Below are positions 1-13,713 of a stretch of DNA of 64,000 bases, piece by piece (position 1 is the first letter of the stretch; each line of letters opens with the position of its first letter). The translations under genes were made by a program, and so were the position numbers. The DNA is from Octopus vulgaris. Its lineage: Eukaryota. The notes under the pieces were generated by a model that did not search any database, was not told where the DNA came from, and was given only the letters and a program-made list of their open reading frames with translations. The DNA lies in the NCBI GenBank assembly GCA_951406725.2, contig OX597827.1:2294001-2358000 (forward strand). The letters run 5' to 3'.

Positions 1-176
1 ATTTTTTGTTTTATTTTATCTACACCTGCAAAACCGTTTGCATTTTTACATATGACACGCTCCATGCTCCTTATAACACTGGCGCAACTTTAAGCATGGC
101 TAATGTTTCTAAGATTCGTATGTGGGGAATACTGTTAAAAGGTCTTTGTTAGTCAATTATTGTTGTTGTTGTTGTC

Positions 177-207
<31 letters not shown>

Positions 208-240
208 TTGTTGTTATTAATATTGTTGTTGTCTTTAATG

Positions 241-879
241 AGACGAGCTGGTAGAATCGTTAGCACGCTGGACAAAATGCTTAGCAGTATTTCGTCCGTT
301 TTCACGTTCGGAGTTCAAATTCCGTCGAAGTTGACTTAGCGTTTCATCTTTTCGTGTTCGATGAAATAAGTACCAGTGGCGCACTAGGGTCATCGACCAG
401 CACCTCTCTCTCTCTCTCTGCAAGTTTCAGATCTTGTGCTTATAGTAGAAAGGATTATTATTGTAGTTGTTTTTGCAGCTATTGCTGCTGCTGCTGCTTC
501 TGCTCTTGTTGTTGCTATTGTTGTTAAGGCGGTAGATTGATAAAATCACTGGAGTGTTAGAAAAGATAGATTACGATTTTAGTTTCGGATCTTTGCTTTC
601 TGAGTTCAAATCTCACCGAAAGCGGTTTTCATTCTTTTGGAGTCAATAAAATAGAATATCTTCCATGTACCAGGAGGTCAATGCAATCGATTAACTCCCA
701 CCACCACCACCTAATTGCTGACCTTGTACCTAAATATGAAACCATTCTGAAAGGCGGCGGGCTGGCAGAATCGTTAGCACGTTGGGCGAAATGCTTAGCG
801 GTATTTCGTCTGTCTTTACGTTCTGAATTCAAATTCCTCCGAGGTCGACTTTGCCTTTTATCCTTTCGGAGTATGTATA

Positions 880-945
<66 letters not shown>

Positions 946-955
946 TGTATAAATG

Positions 956-988
<33 letters not shown>

Positions 989-1055
989 ACTGGGGTCAAT
1001 TTAATCGACTTACACCTCCCCAGATTTCAGGCCTTGTGCCTATAGTAGAAAGGAT
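241..1055 (+). mobile_element. Three tandem family A SINE copies
   Basis: Repeated GGCGAGCTGGCAGAATCGTTAGCACG...GAGTTCAAATTCCGCCGAGGTCGACTTTGCCTTTCATCCTTTCGG motif; the third copy is interrupted by (TA)n(TG)n at 871-988. Confidence 0.85.
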
Positions 1056-1084
1056 CATCATCATCATCATCATCATCATTATCG

Positions 1085-1116
<32 letters not shown>

Positions 1117-2024
1117 TTCGTTGTTGTTGTTGTTGTTGTTGCTGTTGTTATACACTGCTTACCTGTTCAAGAGAGTTTTGATGATGCTCTTGGATTCTAA
1201 TATGATGTAAAAAGTATGTGAAAGAGAATTTATTTATTACTATAGCGGGAGACAAGAAAAGGGATGTTTTATGAAAAGTCTTTCCTTCCTATTTTGTATG
1301 CCTACTTTTATAGTAGATCCCGGTTTAGCTCCAACTGAAACAAGAACACTTTTCAACAAAATACCTGCTCTTTGGAATGTGAATGTATTGATATTTCTGT
1401 GGAATATACTATCACTGTAGTGCTACATTCAGCTGGATGATAGCAAAAACAGCCCTGCGTACATACACATAAACAAACGTGCGAATACAAACATTGCCGG
1501 ATGAAAGTAAGTCTGGATTTCTTAATCATAAAAGTTTGAATGGAGGATTAGGTTAATCTTTTGTAAATATAACTTGCAAGAAAAACACTTTGGATATGGG
1601 AAATTTAGACGCAAGAAAGATCGCATGGCAACATCGTGTTACAAAAGAAGTATTTCTCTACTTGAAACTCTTGCACAATTTCGCGAGAGGGAAGCGACTT
1701 AGCTGTGAGTTTTCTAAGCCACAGGGGAATTTTTTTTTTGTATTTTGGAAACAACAGTAGAAACCACACCTCTCCGATACGTGAAGTGAGCTCTCCTCTG
1801 TCCACCAATGAAAGGCATGTGACCTTATAATCGTTTCTGCCTGCTCGCCGCCTTTAATAATTCTTCTACTACAGGCACAAAATCCAAAACTTTCAAGAAG
1901 GAAAGAAGTAAAATAGATGGTATTTGCACTCAGGACGTAAGCTGCCGGATTACATGCCATATAGCACTTTGATCAGCGAGCTAAAAGTTTTACCAATTTG
2001 CTGCCTTAAGCGCAAAGGTTAAAA

Positions 2025-2768
2025 ATGGTTTCAAATTGATACAAAGTCGTCAAGTTCGAAGGCGGGCTGAGTCGGTTATATTGACTCCAGTGCTCAACTG
2101 GTACTTCTGTTTTGGACCTTGAAATGCAAAGTCGACCTAGGCGGAATTTGAACACAGAACTTAAGGACTGATGAAATGCAGTCAAGCATTTTATCCAGCG
2201 GCGAAATTTTTTCCCCATGAGAGTTCCGGACCCCAGTGACGAGCTCATTTGCATACAGCCAATCAGAGATCAACTATTAAACTAATTTATGAGCGCATAA
2301 CAAGTGATGGGTGATACGATAAGGTCACTTGGGTAAGGAATGGCCATGCTTCTTTTCTCTTTTCAGAATGCTTGTTGTTCTCGTTCTTGTTTCAACCATG
2401 GCTGCTTCTGCGTAGTTGTGTTGTTTTTTACTTTCTAAAACAGTAAGGGGAGAGGGTTGCTGGCACATCACCCTCTACTCACATTTTCCCATCCACATTT
2501 TTACCATATGGGGCCCTAACCAAATCCGATAATAGGTATAGATACAAATCTAAATACTTGTCGCCTTCTAAAATCAGGCAAAACTTGACTTGCAACACCG
2601 TTCTTCATCTTGCGTTTACTTGGTAGAATGTGTTTGTTAACTTGACAACAAGGTCAAGATGAGCTCTGATTGGCTGTATGCAAATGAGTTCATTACTGGG
2701 GTCCGGAACTCTCGTGGGAAAATAATTTTGCTACCGGACGTGCTAACGACTCTGCCACTTCACCGCCT
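2025..2768 (-). mobile_element. Family A SINE split by a MITE
   Basis: AAAGTCGACCTAGGCGGAATTTGAAC...AAGCATTTTATCC | GTGCTAACGACTCTGCCACTTCACCGCC. Confidence 0.75.
2197..2735. mobile_element. MITE with ~75-bp imperfect TIRs nested in a family A SINE
   Basis: Left GAGAGTTCCGGACCCCAGTGACGAGCTCATTTGCATACAGCCAATCAGAG, right CTCTGATTGGCTGTATGCAAATGAGTTCATTACTGGGGTCCGGAACTCTC. SINE sequence resumes on both sides; no TSD resolved. Confidence 0.88.
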
Positions 2769-3158
2769 TCGCGAGATAATTATAGTAATAATTTTAATTT
2801 CAGTCTTGATAAAATGTGATTAACAATTTAACCCTAGTTTCTATTTCAAATTCTAAATGAGATCAAGGTCGCTTCAGAGTGAGGAGAATGCAATCTTCAG
2901 AAAGGCATGAATATTACAGCATCTCAGCTTTTTGTTAACTCTATGAACTTTCCAAACTTTATATGTAAATAAAGAAATGAAATATTTTAGAATATCTTAA
3001 AAGTTTACCAGACGTTTTTTCCCTTTACAATATAAACATTTTAATCGTAAATTTTGAATCAGAAACCATTTAAAGGTCAGCTTGGTGAAAAAAAAACAAA
3101 AAAACATATCACGCACTTATATATGCATGTGTGTGTTTATGTGTGTGTGTGTGTGTGT

Positions 3159-3190
<32 letters not shown>

Positions 3191-3299
3191 CTCTCTCACT
3201 CTCTTCCTCTCTCTCGCTCTCGATATACATGTGCAATGTGTTTGTGCGTGTGTATATATATATAAACACATATATACATAATACATACATATCTATACG

Positions 3300-3383
<84 letters not shown>

Positions 3384-3408
3384 TATACATATATATACAT
3401 ATATATAC

Positions 3409-3475
<67 letters not shown>

Positions 3476-3501
3476 ATGATAAATCTCAGAGCGAGTTATA
3501 T

Positions 3502-3544
<43 letters not shown>

Positions 3545-4016
3545 AATATACACACATACATGCACATATATATATACATAAATACACACACACACACATC
3601 AGACACAAGTACTTATGAATACACACTCTCCATAAATATTTCTTTCACAAACATTGGTGCATATATATCAGCACGTGTGTTAAATGTGCGTGCGTGTACG
3701 CGTACATACGTGTATGTGTGTATAGTTATACGATCTTGTTGCGCGAATTTGTGTATAAATCTATAGCAATACTGATATTATTGGCGGCATTGTGGGTTTG
3801 TTTAAGAAATGGTGTAGAGGATGGAGCTAAAAGATTTATATGTAGAAATTGTGAGGTAAAAGTGCGACGGTGGTGGAGGGGGAGAAATAGCGTCGACGAG
3901 GACAGGCAGGATGGTGGTGGTTATGATGTTGACGGTGGTGGAAGCGATGAAAGTTCCAGTGTTGTAGATGGTGGTGGTGATGGTGATGGTTGTGGAAGTA
4001 GTAGTAGTAGTAGTAT

Positions 4017-4057
<41 letters not shown>

Positions 4058-4430
4058 ATAGTAGTAGCAGTGGTGGTAGTAAGTAAGAGGAATAGTTGTG
4101 GTGGTAATGTTAGGGCTGGCAGTAACGACGGTAGTTGTAGTTAGTGGTAGAAGTGTTGTTATCAGTGATGGTGGTGGCGGTAGCAATGGTGGTGGTGGTG
4201 GTGGTGGTGGTGGTGGTGGTGGTGGTCGTCGTCGTCGTCGCGGTGTTCTCCGTCGGCGTCGTGGGTAGCGTTTGGGGGAAAGCATTGCAGACAACATTGG
4301 CATACAGTTACGATGGAAGGACCATGTTTCATCTTGCTATGATATGCTCTGACATTTACTTACAACACACACACACACACACACAAAATAAATACATATA
4401 AATTATATATAATTTATATACATTGTACAT

Positions 4431-4476
<46 letters not shown>

Positions 4477-4629
4477 TTCATATATATATATATATATTAC
4501 ATTTATATCTATATATATATAACTGTATATATAAACGGACGAACATTGAATTCTGTCGAACGAATGAGAGAAGAGTGCTCTATGCATGTCATTGAGTATG
4601 TTTTATTGGAACTGATAACGTGTGTTCCA

Positions 4630-4671
<42 letters not shown>

Positions 4672-5507
4672 ATACATACATGTATACATATATATGTCTC
4701 TGCGTGTATGAATGTATGTATATATATATGTGTGTATGTGTGTGTATACATATATACAAGCCTATATACATACATATATATATATGTATGTGTGTGTATG
4801 TGTATACGTGAGAGTGTGTGTGTATGTGTGTATGTACCACATGGTTTATAATACTTCATGTACGTGTTTTCAGTTATTTTTGTAAGGATTGTTACCTCCA
4901 ACACAACAAGTCCTTTCAGTTAAGAGGAATGAATTCTCAATAAATTCGGTCCAATAATTTGAAGGCCGAACGCAAAAAGCCGAAATTAAACACAATAGAA
5001 GGCCATTTTGTCCGCGATTGCATTCTCACTGGTGATCGTTTCAGACTAGGAAAGAACATTAAAAGGTCCTGCTTCATTAAGTAACTTTTTCCGAAACATA
5101 ACTATTTGTTCCCCATGTAAAACGAACCCTTGGAAAATTTTAACATACGCGCGCGCACACTTACACAGATTTATACATATGTTTGTGTGTCTGTGTCTGT
5201 GTGCGTTTATGCGTATGTTTGTATATATACACACATTTATACGACGGCCTTATTTCAGTTTCCGTTTACTAAATCCACTCACCGGACTGTGTTCGATCGG
5301 TCCAAGGCTATAGTAGGAGAGACTTGCCCAAGGTACTACGCTGTGAAACTGAACCCTGTACCATGTTGTTGAGAACCAAACTTCTTGAAATATCAATTTT
5401 TCAGAAAGTTATGAGGAAACAAGTAGAGCTGTGTGAATTAACCTAAATTCCTCTCAACTCCTCCGGAATAAATTTTTCGCAATAAATTTCAATATGACTG
5501 TAATCTA

Positions 5508-5829
5508 AACGATAAACGTCGCCCTTTCCGAGTCTAGCCAGGCTCATGGGCCCAGTTTCCCGGTTTCTGTGGCGTATGTGTTCCCTCCCGCTGGACGGGA
5601 CGCCAGTCCTTCACAGCGTTACCCAAGAAACAGGAAGAGAGAGTGAGAGAAAGTTGTGGCGAAAGAGTACAACAGGGGTCGCCACCCCCACCCCACCCCT
5701 ACCGGAGCCTCGTGGAACTTTTAGGTGTTTTCGCTCAATAAACACACACCACACCCGGTCTGGGAATCGAAACCGCGATCCTCCAACTGCGAGTCCGCTA
5801 CCCTAACCACTGGGCCATTGCGCCTCCAC
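5508..5829 (-). mobile_element. Family C SINE (tRNA-like head, V-domain-like box) with 14-bp TSD
   Basis: TSD ATGACTGTAATCTA at 5494-5507 and 5830-5843; GGACTGGCGTCCCGTCCAG box. Confidence 0.92.
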
Positions 5830-6412
5830 ATGACTGTAATCTACAGCATCAAAAATATGTCTCTGGAAATTTTCATTAAGAAATACGCATTTTTCAGGAA
5901 ATTACAAGAAAACTAAGTCGGTAGGAGGGGTACACATCTGTAGTTATACCACATGCATTTTGCTGAGTGTAATATCTATAAGTTATGATTCACAGCAAGA
6001 GAACCTCTTTCCTCATATCTTCACTGCGTTGTTAATATCCCCAGGGATGTCAAAGGATTTCATATCTGTAGCCATTGGCTGATCAATTAACCAGAATAAG
6101 GCATAAGGCTTGGCAATGCTGATTTTGTCCCTTAAAACAATTAAGAAGATAAAAGATTGTCAGAGCTACGTCTCAATGATCTAAAGAATTGTAAATGTTA
6201 TTTCGTTAGGCTTTCATGTTTTAATCCGTGTAAAAACCAACCAAGATATCGGGTTACCCATTCCTATTCTGCGTTAGAAAAAAGAGCCGATATCTGCAAG
6301 TATGTGTATGTATGTATGTGTGTGTGCATGTGTATACATACTCACAAACACAAACATCTATATATGTGTACGCACATGCACACATGCGTATATATATATA
6401 TATATATATATA

Positions 6413-6492
6413 GTTAATCCAAACATGAAAACAAAGAGAAAACAACAACGCTAGGACGTGGAACAAGTATAGTATTATTGGACGCTCAGGAA
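6413..6492. mobile_element. Truncated copy of the 27955 element embedded in (TA)n
   Basis: TTAATCCAAACATGAAAACAAAGAGAAAACAACAACGCTAGGACGTGGAACAAGTATAGTATTATTGGACGCTCAGGAAA matches 27956-28039; (TA)n on both sides. Confidence 0.65.
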
Positions 6493-6539
6493 ATATATAT
6501 ATATATAAATATATATATAAATATATGTATGTATATATA

Positions 6540-6643
<104 letters not shown>

Positions 6644-7077
6644 TGTATATATATATATATATGTATATAGACTCATAACTCCATACATACGCTCATGTAC
6701 ACATACATAAACGTGTATATAGTATTGTTGACTTGATACATATATATTAGCAAGATTTTAATAATTCCTTTATTTATTTTTTGTCTTTGTGGCTTAAGAA
6801 AATGGTTCCAGAGTCATTTTGCAAGGAAAAAAGCTGCGAATTGCAAGAGAATCAGATACAACACCTTTGCCGTATTTCTTGCGTCATCTTGCGATGCTGC
6901 CTTTAGATTTATCCTTTGGGGTTTGATAAACAAAGCACCTGCGCAAAGCACCTGGAGGCAAACTCACCCCTCACTCTCACTCTCTTCCTCTCTCTCACAC
7001 TCACTTTCTGTCTGTCTGTCTGTCTCTTACCCCCTCTCTATCTTACCCTCTCTCTCTCTTACTCCCTCTCTCTCTTA

Positions 7078-7130
<53 letters not shown>

Positions 7131-7633
7131 ACTCATTGTAACGAAATCGGCATGATTAAGGGATCAAGAAAAAAAACGTTGACATTGCAGTCCTACCAGT
7201 CTTTTAACTATAATTCCTGTGCGTTTTTTTTTCAAGCAATCGCACCCCCCCCCACACACGCATCTTTGCTTCGTTTTGAGCGAAGTATCGAATGGTATAA
7301 GTAAAGCTGTTCAAATATGAATACAATGTTTAGTGAAATACAAGCATGGGAGCATCAATAAAAAAGCTCAAAACACCAGCTTGCAATCTAATCTTGTAAT
7401 TGTGTATTTTGGTATCAACACCCTTTCGTCAGGAGAAAAAACTCGATACCAAAGACATATTAACCCTGATATACAGAAATATAAGGTAAAACGCAAGCTG
7501 TTGTTTTTCTTTCTTTACGTCAGTTTTCGTGTTCATATTTTGTTTCGCATTGTATACAGATTTGAATAATTTCGATTTTAAATTATATAAGGTATATAAA
7601 ATATATCAAAGAATATAAAGCTATATATATATG

Positions 7634-7682
<49 letters not shown>

Positions 7683-7686
7683 CATA

Positions 7687-7756
<70 letters not shown>

Positions 7757-7761
7757 TGTAC

Positions 7762-7844
<83 letters not shown>

Positions 7845-8259
7845 TGTATGCATACACGCACATATATGGTAATACTGGCAGCAGTAATAAGCTATCATCA
7901 CCATCATCATCATTGTCGTCGTCGTCGTCGTCGTCATCATCGTCATCATCATCATCATCATCAATCATCATCATTAATCACGATAGACATGATATAATTT
8001 CGTTTTGTGTGTCTCTACTTCGTGGGAAATTGAAAAGTTGTTAATAATAAACATGCTCAACTGCGGAGAAATAATTGCGATGATGACGAATAGTTGAATG
8101 AGATGGAATACTTGTGTGTGTGTGTGTGTGTGTGTATGCATGTATGTGCATCTCTATAGTGTATATATCTATGCGTGTATGTATACTTGTGTCGATTTTT
8201 ATTTTTGTATATGCAATATGTATATATCAGCGTGTGAACGTCTGTGCCTGATTGTACTG

Positions 8260-8301
<42 letters not shown>

Positions 8302-8302
<1 letters not shown>

Positions 8303-8628
8303 GGATCAGTGGTTAGAGCGTCGAGCTTACGATCGTGAGGTTGTGAGTTCGAATCTCGGACCGGACTGCATGTTGTGTTCTTGAGCAAGGCACTTTATTT
8401 CACGTTGCTCCAGTTCACTCAGCTGTAGAAATGAGTTGCGAAGTCACAGGTGCCAAGCTGTATCGGCCTTCGTCTTCCCTTGGATAACACTGGAGGCGTA
8501 GAGAGAGGAGGCTGGTATCCATGGGCGACTGCTGATCTTCCATAAAACAACCTTGCCCGGACTTGTGCCTGGGGGTGGGGTAACTTCCTAGGTGCAATCC
8601 CATGGTCAGTCATGAACGAAGGGTGTCT
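8302..8628 (+). mobile_element. Family D SINE (tRNA-like head, TTGAGCAAG..CACTT core, tail type 1)
   Basis: AGTGGTTAG...GAGTTCGAATC...GTGTTCTTGAGCAAGGCACTTTATTTCACGTTGCTCCAG; the tail is shared with the diverged copy at 61355-61600. Confidence 0.88.
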
Positions 8629-8630
8629 CA

Positions 8631-8835
8631 GTGGCTGTGTGGTAAGTAGCTTGCTTACCAACCACATGGTTCCGGGTTCTGTCCCACTGCGTGGCACCTT
8701 GGGCAAGTGTCTTCTACTATAGCCTCGAGCCGACCAAAGCCTTGTAAGTGGATTTGATAGACGGAAACTGAAAGAAGCATGTCGTATATATGTATATGTA
8801 TATACATATTTATGTGTGTGTTTGTGTGTCTGTGT
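8631..8835 (+). mobile_element. Family B SINE 5' half
   Basis: GTGGCTGTGTGGTAAGTAGCTTGC...GACGGAAACTGAAAGAAGC. Further partial copies at 5241-5386(-), 12175-12325, 12858-12983, 28171-28332 and 35380-35460. Confidence 0.88.
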
Positions 8836-8970
8836 CTAATGGACACAGGTTCGTGTGTCACATAGCTAGCCAGAGGTGATTGACTCTTGAAGCTAATCAA
8901 CGGCAGCATTCGTCCTATTTTTCCTGGACTGCCCTGTTAGCTTGGCGATAACTATTATATATTTATATAT

Positions 8971-9136
8971 ATGTAAAAAAAATACAAACTGGGACAAGAA
9001 CGCAAAACATTTAGAAGACGGCGAAGATGATTCGGTTCTTGACTGAAGATTGAAGGCTTCGAATGTCCCGTCCGTGTTTTTTGTATCGTCTTCTAAATGT
9101 TTTGCGTTCTTGTCCCAGTTTGTATTTTTTTTACAT
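8971..9136. repeat. Foldback element with perfect 50-bp arms in (TA)n
   Basis: 8971-9020 is the exact reverse complement of 9087-9136; 66-bp spacer. Confidence 0.95.
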
Positions 9137-9198
9137 ATATATATATATATATATACCGTCGCACGTACCTCTTTGGTCTTATATATAAGTACATATTA

Positions 9199-9247
<49 letters not shown>

Positions 9248-9406
9248 TGTATGTATATATCCTAACGTAGAAGCGGTAAAATTTGACAGGATATATTTCT
9301 GACCCTTTTCAGAATTGCTAATCGTTCAGTCTCATGCCTTGATATATTTTCCTCTTATGTTTCAATTTGTTAATAAGCTTTCTCCCAAAGTCAGTCTTGA
9401 TTTTAC

Positions 9407-9525
9407 AACGTCTACCTCCAGCGAACGTCTACCTCCAGCGAACGTCTACCTCCAGCGAACGTCTACCTCCAGCGAACGTCTACCTCCAGCGAACGTCTAC
9501 CTCCAGCGAACGTCTACCCCCAGCG
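9407..9525. repeat. Minisatellite, 7 x 17 bp (AACGTCTACCTCCAGCG)
   Basis: Six identical units plus one with a single change; no spacers. Confidence 0.97.
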
Positions 9526-9631
9526 CTTGAATATCTTATTAAAAGATTCTCTCTTCTCTCTTCTGTCATTTTCTGTTTGTCTATCTTTCTCCCTCCATCA
9601 CCTTCCTATCTTTCCCTCCTCACTTTTCCTG

Positions 9632-9725
<94 letters not shown>

Positions 9726-10014
9726 TGGAGGCGCAATGGCCCAGTGGTTAGGGCAGCGGACTCGCGGTTTCGATTCTCAGACCGTGCGTTTTATGTGTTT
9801 ATTGAGCGAAAACACCTAAAAGCTCCACGAGGCTCCGGCAGGGGGTGGTGGCGACCTCTGTTGTACTCTTTCGCCACAACTTTCTCTCACTCACTCTTCC
9901 TGCTTTTTTGAGTAATGCTGCGATTGACTGGCGTCCCGTCCAGCTGGGGGGAACATATGCGCCACAGAAACCGAGAAACCGGGCCCATAAACCTGGCTAG
10001 GCTTGAAAAGGGCG
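9726..10014 (+). mobile_element. Family C SINE
   Basis: TGGAGGCGCAATGGCCCAGTGGTTAGGGCAGCGGACTCGCGG...GCTGCGATTGACTGGCGTCCCGTCCAG...GAAAAGGGCG. Confidence 0.92.
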
Positions 10015-10020
10015 AAGAAG

Positions 10021-10056
<36 letters not shown>

Positions 10057-10574
10057 AGAGAGAGACATATATACATACATCTATATCTATCTATCTATTC
10101 ATCTCTCTCTCTCTCTCTCTCTCTGTCTGCGCGTAAGGCGTACTCTCACATACAAATAATCGCAGTCACTTTTAAATCGTGTTCTTCTCGGACATAGCTG
10201 GAAAGTAATGAAGCAGAATAATGTTTGTGACGTGGTTGGGCTACCATAATGCTTGCATCATAATGACGACTCTTGAGTCACACACTCGTAGACAACGTGT
10301 AGATTTGTCAGTCATGCGCAGACGACTCCGTTAAGGAGACAATAAGAGGGTGTTAATAATAGTAATACAGCTGTTCCTTGTGTCTTCATCTGAATAAATC
10401 CGAAATTTAGTCGATTGTCATATAATTCTCTCACTTACTCTCCCTCTTTTTCCATCTCTCCCTCTCTCTCTCTCTCTCTCTCTATCTATTTATCTATCTA
10501 TCTATCTATCTATCTATCGATCTATCTATCTGTATCTATCTGTCTTTTATTTATGTATGCGTGTGTGTATGCGT

Positions 10575-10626
<52 letters not shown>

Positions 10627-10749
10627 GTGTGTATATATATATATTTCTATATGTTTATGTGTGTGTGTGTGTGTGTGTGTATACATTTACATATACATGT
10701 GAATATATATGTATGCGTGTATGCATGTATGCATCTATGTATATGCATA

Positions 10750-10787
<38 letters not shown>

Positions 10788-12324
10788 CGTGTGTGTGAGT
10801 GTGTGCGTGTGTATGTGTGTGTGTGTGTGTTAGACCTTAACGATACTAAAACATGGATTATACCGCAAAATGCTAACTGGAATGGATCAGATTAGCGGAA
10901 GACATCTTACATAACGGCATTGCTCATCTCACTGCTTTACATGTAGAAGCAGCAGCAACAGTAATAGTTGTAGCAGTAGTAGTAGTGGTGGTGGTGGTGG
11001 TGGTGGTGGTGGTGGTGGTGGTGGTGGTGTTGGTGTTGGTGGTAGTTATAGTTGTTGTTTTGCGGTTGTTGTTAGTGTTGTTGTTGTTACTTTCGTTACT
11101 GCAGTTGTTAGTGGTACTGTTGCTGTCAATATTATTGCTATAATAATAATAATAAAATAATAATAATAATAATAATAATAATTATTATTATTATTATTAT
11201 TGTTATTGTTATTATTATTATTACTATTATTATTATCATTATTATTATTGTTATTGTTATTATTATTATTACTATTATTATTATTATTATTATTATTGTT
11301 ATTGTTATTATTATTATTACTATTATTATTATTTTTTTAAAATTATTGTTGCTGTTGTTGATGATGATGTTTTTATCATTGTTTTATTACAGCGTATTTG
11401 GCTTTCATTTCATATTGATTTCTTGTATTGGCACAGGGCCATGAATGTGCGTATATATATATATATATATGTACATATATATACATATATACGTATGTAT
11501 GATTATGTGTGTGTGTATGCGTGTGTGTGTGTGTGTATTATTTGATTTTAGAAGTGTGTATTCGATAGTGTGTGTGAGTGAATGCATATATCATGGGATG
11601 CGTCTTGATGACCGATTTCGATTCAATCGACCCCATTACGTATGTTCTGCTTGCCTGCCTGCCTGCCTGCCTGGCGGCATACAACCCACTTAGCTACCCA
11701 AGTAGGTATCCTAAATACCATGCCTTATACTCATTTTTTTCCATCGCCACCCCTCGCACCGAGTAGAAATTAAAGAAAAATATATCCTGTTTCGGTCGTG
11801 ATTTGAACCTGGAACCTAACGACACGTCACTAAATGCTGAAAAAACATACTTTCAGTTTTCTGACAACCAACCAACCAACCAGCCAAGCCAGCAATCATG
11901 TATGCCAAACCACTGCTCTAAACCCTAGCCATTAAAACACACTGTCAAAATAACCACACAATAAAATATGAGGGAAATTTGGTTGCTATATCTAAACGGT
12001 CATGTACCCCCACGAGGGACTTCTTTGTCGGTTCGAAATAATCTTTAGCTTTGTCGTATTGTTTCAGATCAGTTAAAGTGAAACAACTAAGATGGAAAAC
12101 GTTCAAGTCGACAAAATCCATTGTTTGTATTACAGGGACTATCATGTTTAATAAAATCATCCATTTAGTCTTTATGGCTGTCTAGGTAAGAAAATTACTT
12201 TGCAACTTCGAGGTTCCGTTTTCAGTTCCACTGCGTAACATCTTAGGTGCATCTCTTTTACTATAGCCGCCAGTGCCTTGTAAGTGAATTGAATTTGGCA
12301 GACCGAAACTGTGTGAAAGCCCGT

Positions 12325-12393
<69 letters not shown>

Positions 12394-12980
12394 GTATGTA
12401 TCATCTATATATCATCTGCTTGTTTAACAAAATCATCTGCAAACAAACCGTGAAAGAATATACTGACCAAAATAAGTTTAAGATCGATGCTGACAGTTCT
12501 GTTCCTTCCTTAATGCATTTTTAACAAAACTGTATAAATTTATTATTCTACTTTTCCAGTTTATGTAGAATTTTTTCTCTTTCAAATGATATAGGCGTTA
12601 TATATCTTTCTGCAATTTGAATAATTTTAATGCGCAATTAATTCAAATGATTAAAAATTGTCGGCAAAATAAATTTAAGACCATACCAACATTATTTTGT
12701 TTAAATTGAAAATTTACGTCACGAATGATCAATGAACAAAAATTTATTATTAGTATCAAATTCCGTAACCATTATTTTCAATTACGGCCTTTTGACAAAT
12801 GAGCACAAAAATCACTTGGAATGTTCTGCCATATTTCTTCAATAAAATTATATATACGAACAACATGATTCCGGGTTCAGTCCCACAGCGTGACACCTTG
12901 AGCAAGTGTCTTCTACTATAGCTTGGGGCCGACCAATGCCTTGTGAGTGGGTTTGGTAGACGGAAACTGAAAGAAGCCCG

Positions 12981-13034
<54 letters not shown>

Positions 13035-13413
13035 TTGTGTGTGTTTGCATTTTATCCTTTCGTGGTCTCTATAATAGGTACCTAAGTACCAGTTGAGCAC
13101 AAAAGTCATTGTAATCGACTATCCCACCCCATATCTTCGTGCCACAAAATTTCAAGTCTTGTACCTGTAGCAGAGAGGTTTGTTAAAAGATTCTTGTATT
13201 GCATCGAACGTCCAAGAATCTTTTAACTGTGATATGCATCTATCCGTTTATCACGGGAATTTGGTTAAAAACCCCAAAAAGCAAAGAGTGATAAATGAAT
13301 TAGTGATAAACAATTCTCCATGTATCAGTGCTATGATTTGATGTACAACACTTGCCAAAATAAGTTTAGACCGATGATAACAGTAGACGGTATTTGAACC
13401 CAATACGGAATGC

Positions 13414-13713
13414 TGGAGAAGGCGCATGGTTTAGTGGTTAGGGTGTTGGACTCCGATCGTGAGATTGATATTTCGATTCCTGGACTGGGTGAAGCTTTGT
13501 GTTCTTGAAAAAATCACTTCATTTCACGTTGCTCCAATCCACTTAGCTGTAGAAATGGGTGCCACTAGTGGAAGCAGGTCGTTTAGTGGTTAGGACGTTG
13601 GATTCACGACCGTAAGAGTGTAGATTCGATCCCTGCACCGGGCGATCCGTTGTGTTCTTGAGCAAAACACTTCATTTCACGATGCTCTAGTCCACTCAGC
13701 TGTAGAAATGAGT
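13414..13713 (+). mobile_element. Two tandem family D head+core units
   Basis: Two AGTGGTTAGG...TTCGAT...TTCACG.TGCTC.A.TCCACT.AGCTGTAGAAATG units. Confidence 0.85.

Noticed and set aside
1158-1241. Minus-strand microexon (CAG/GTAAG donor at 1162)
   Set aside because: Splice-like motifs only, with no coding or expression support.
2168-2185. CTGATGA hammerhead core
   Set aside because: A variant of the SINE A GACGAAAT motif; no stem II, GAAA or stem I.
8302-8365. tRNA gene (also heads at 9726, 15656, 40860-40927)
   Set aside because: No complete cloverleaf or terminator; each runs into a multi-copy SINE body.
9043-9068. CTGAAGA..GAA..GTC in the foldback spacer
   Set aside because: Stems I and III cannot be formed convincingly.
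9407-9525. CRISPR-like array
   Set aside because: Units are contiguous with no spacers, no cas genes, and the context is eukaryotic.
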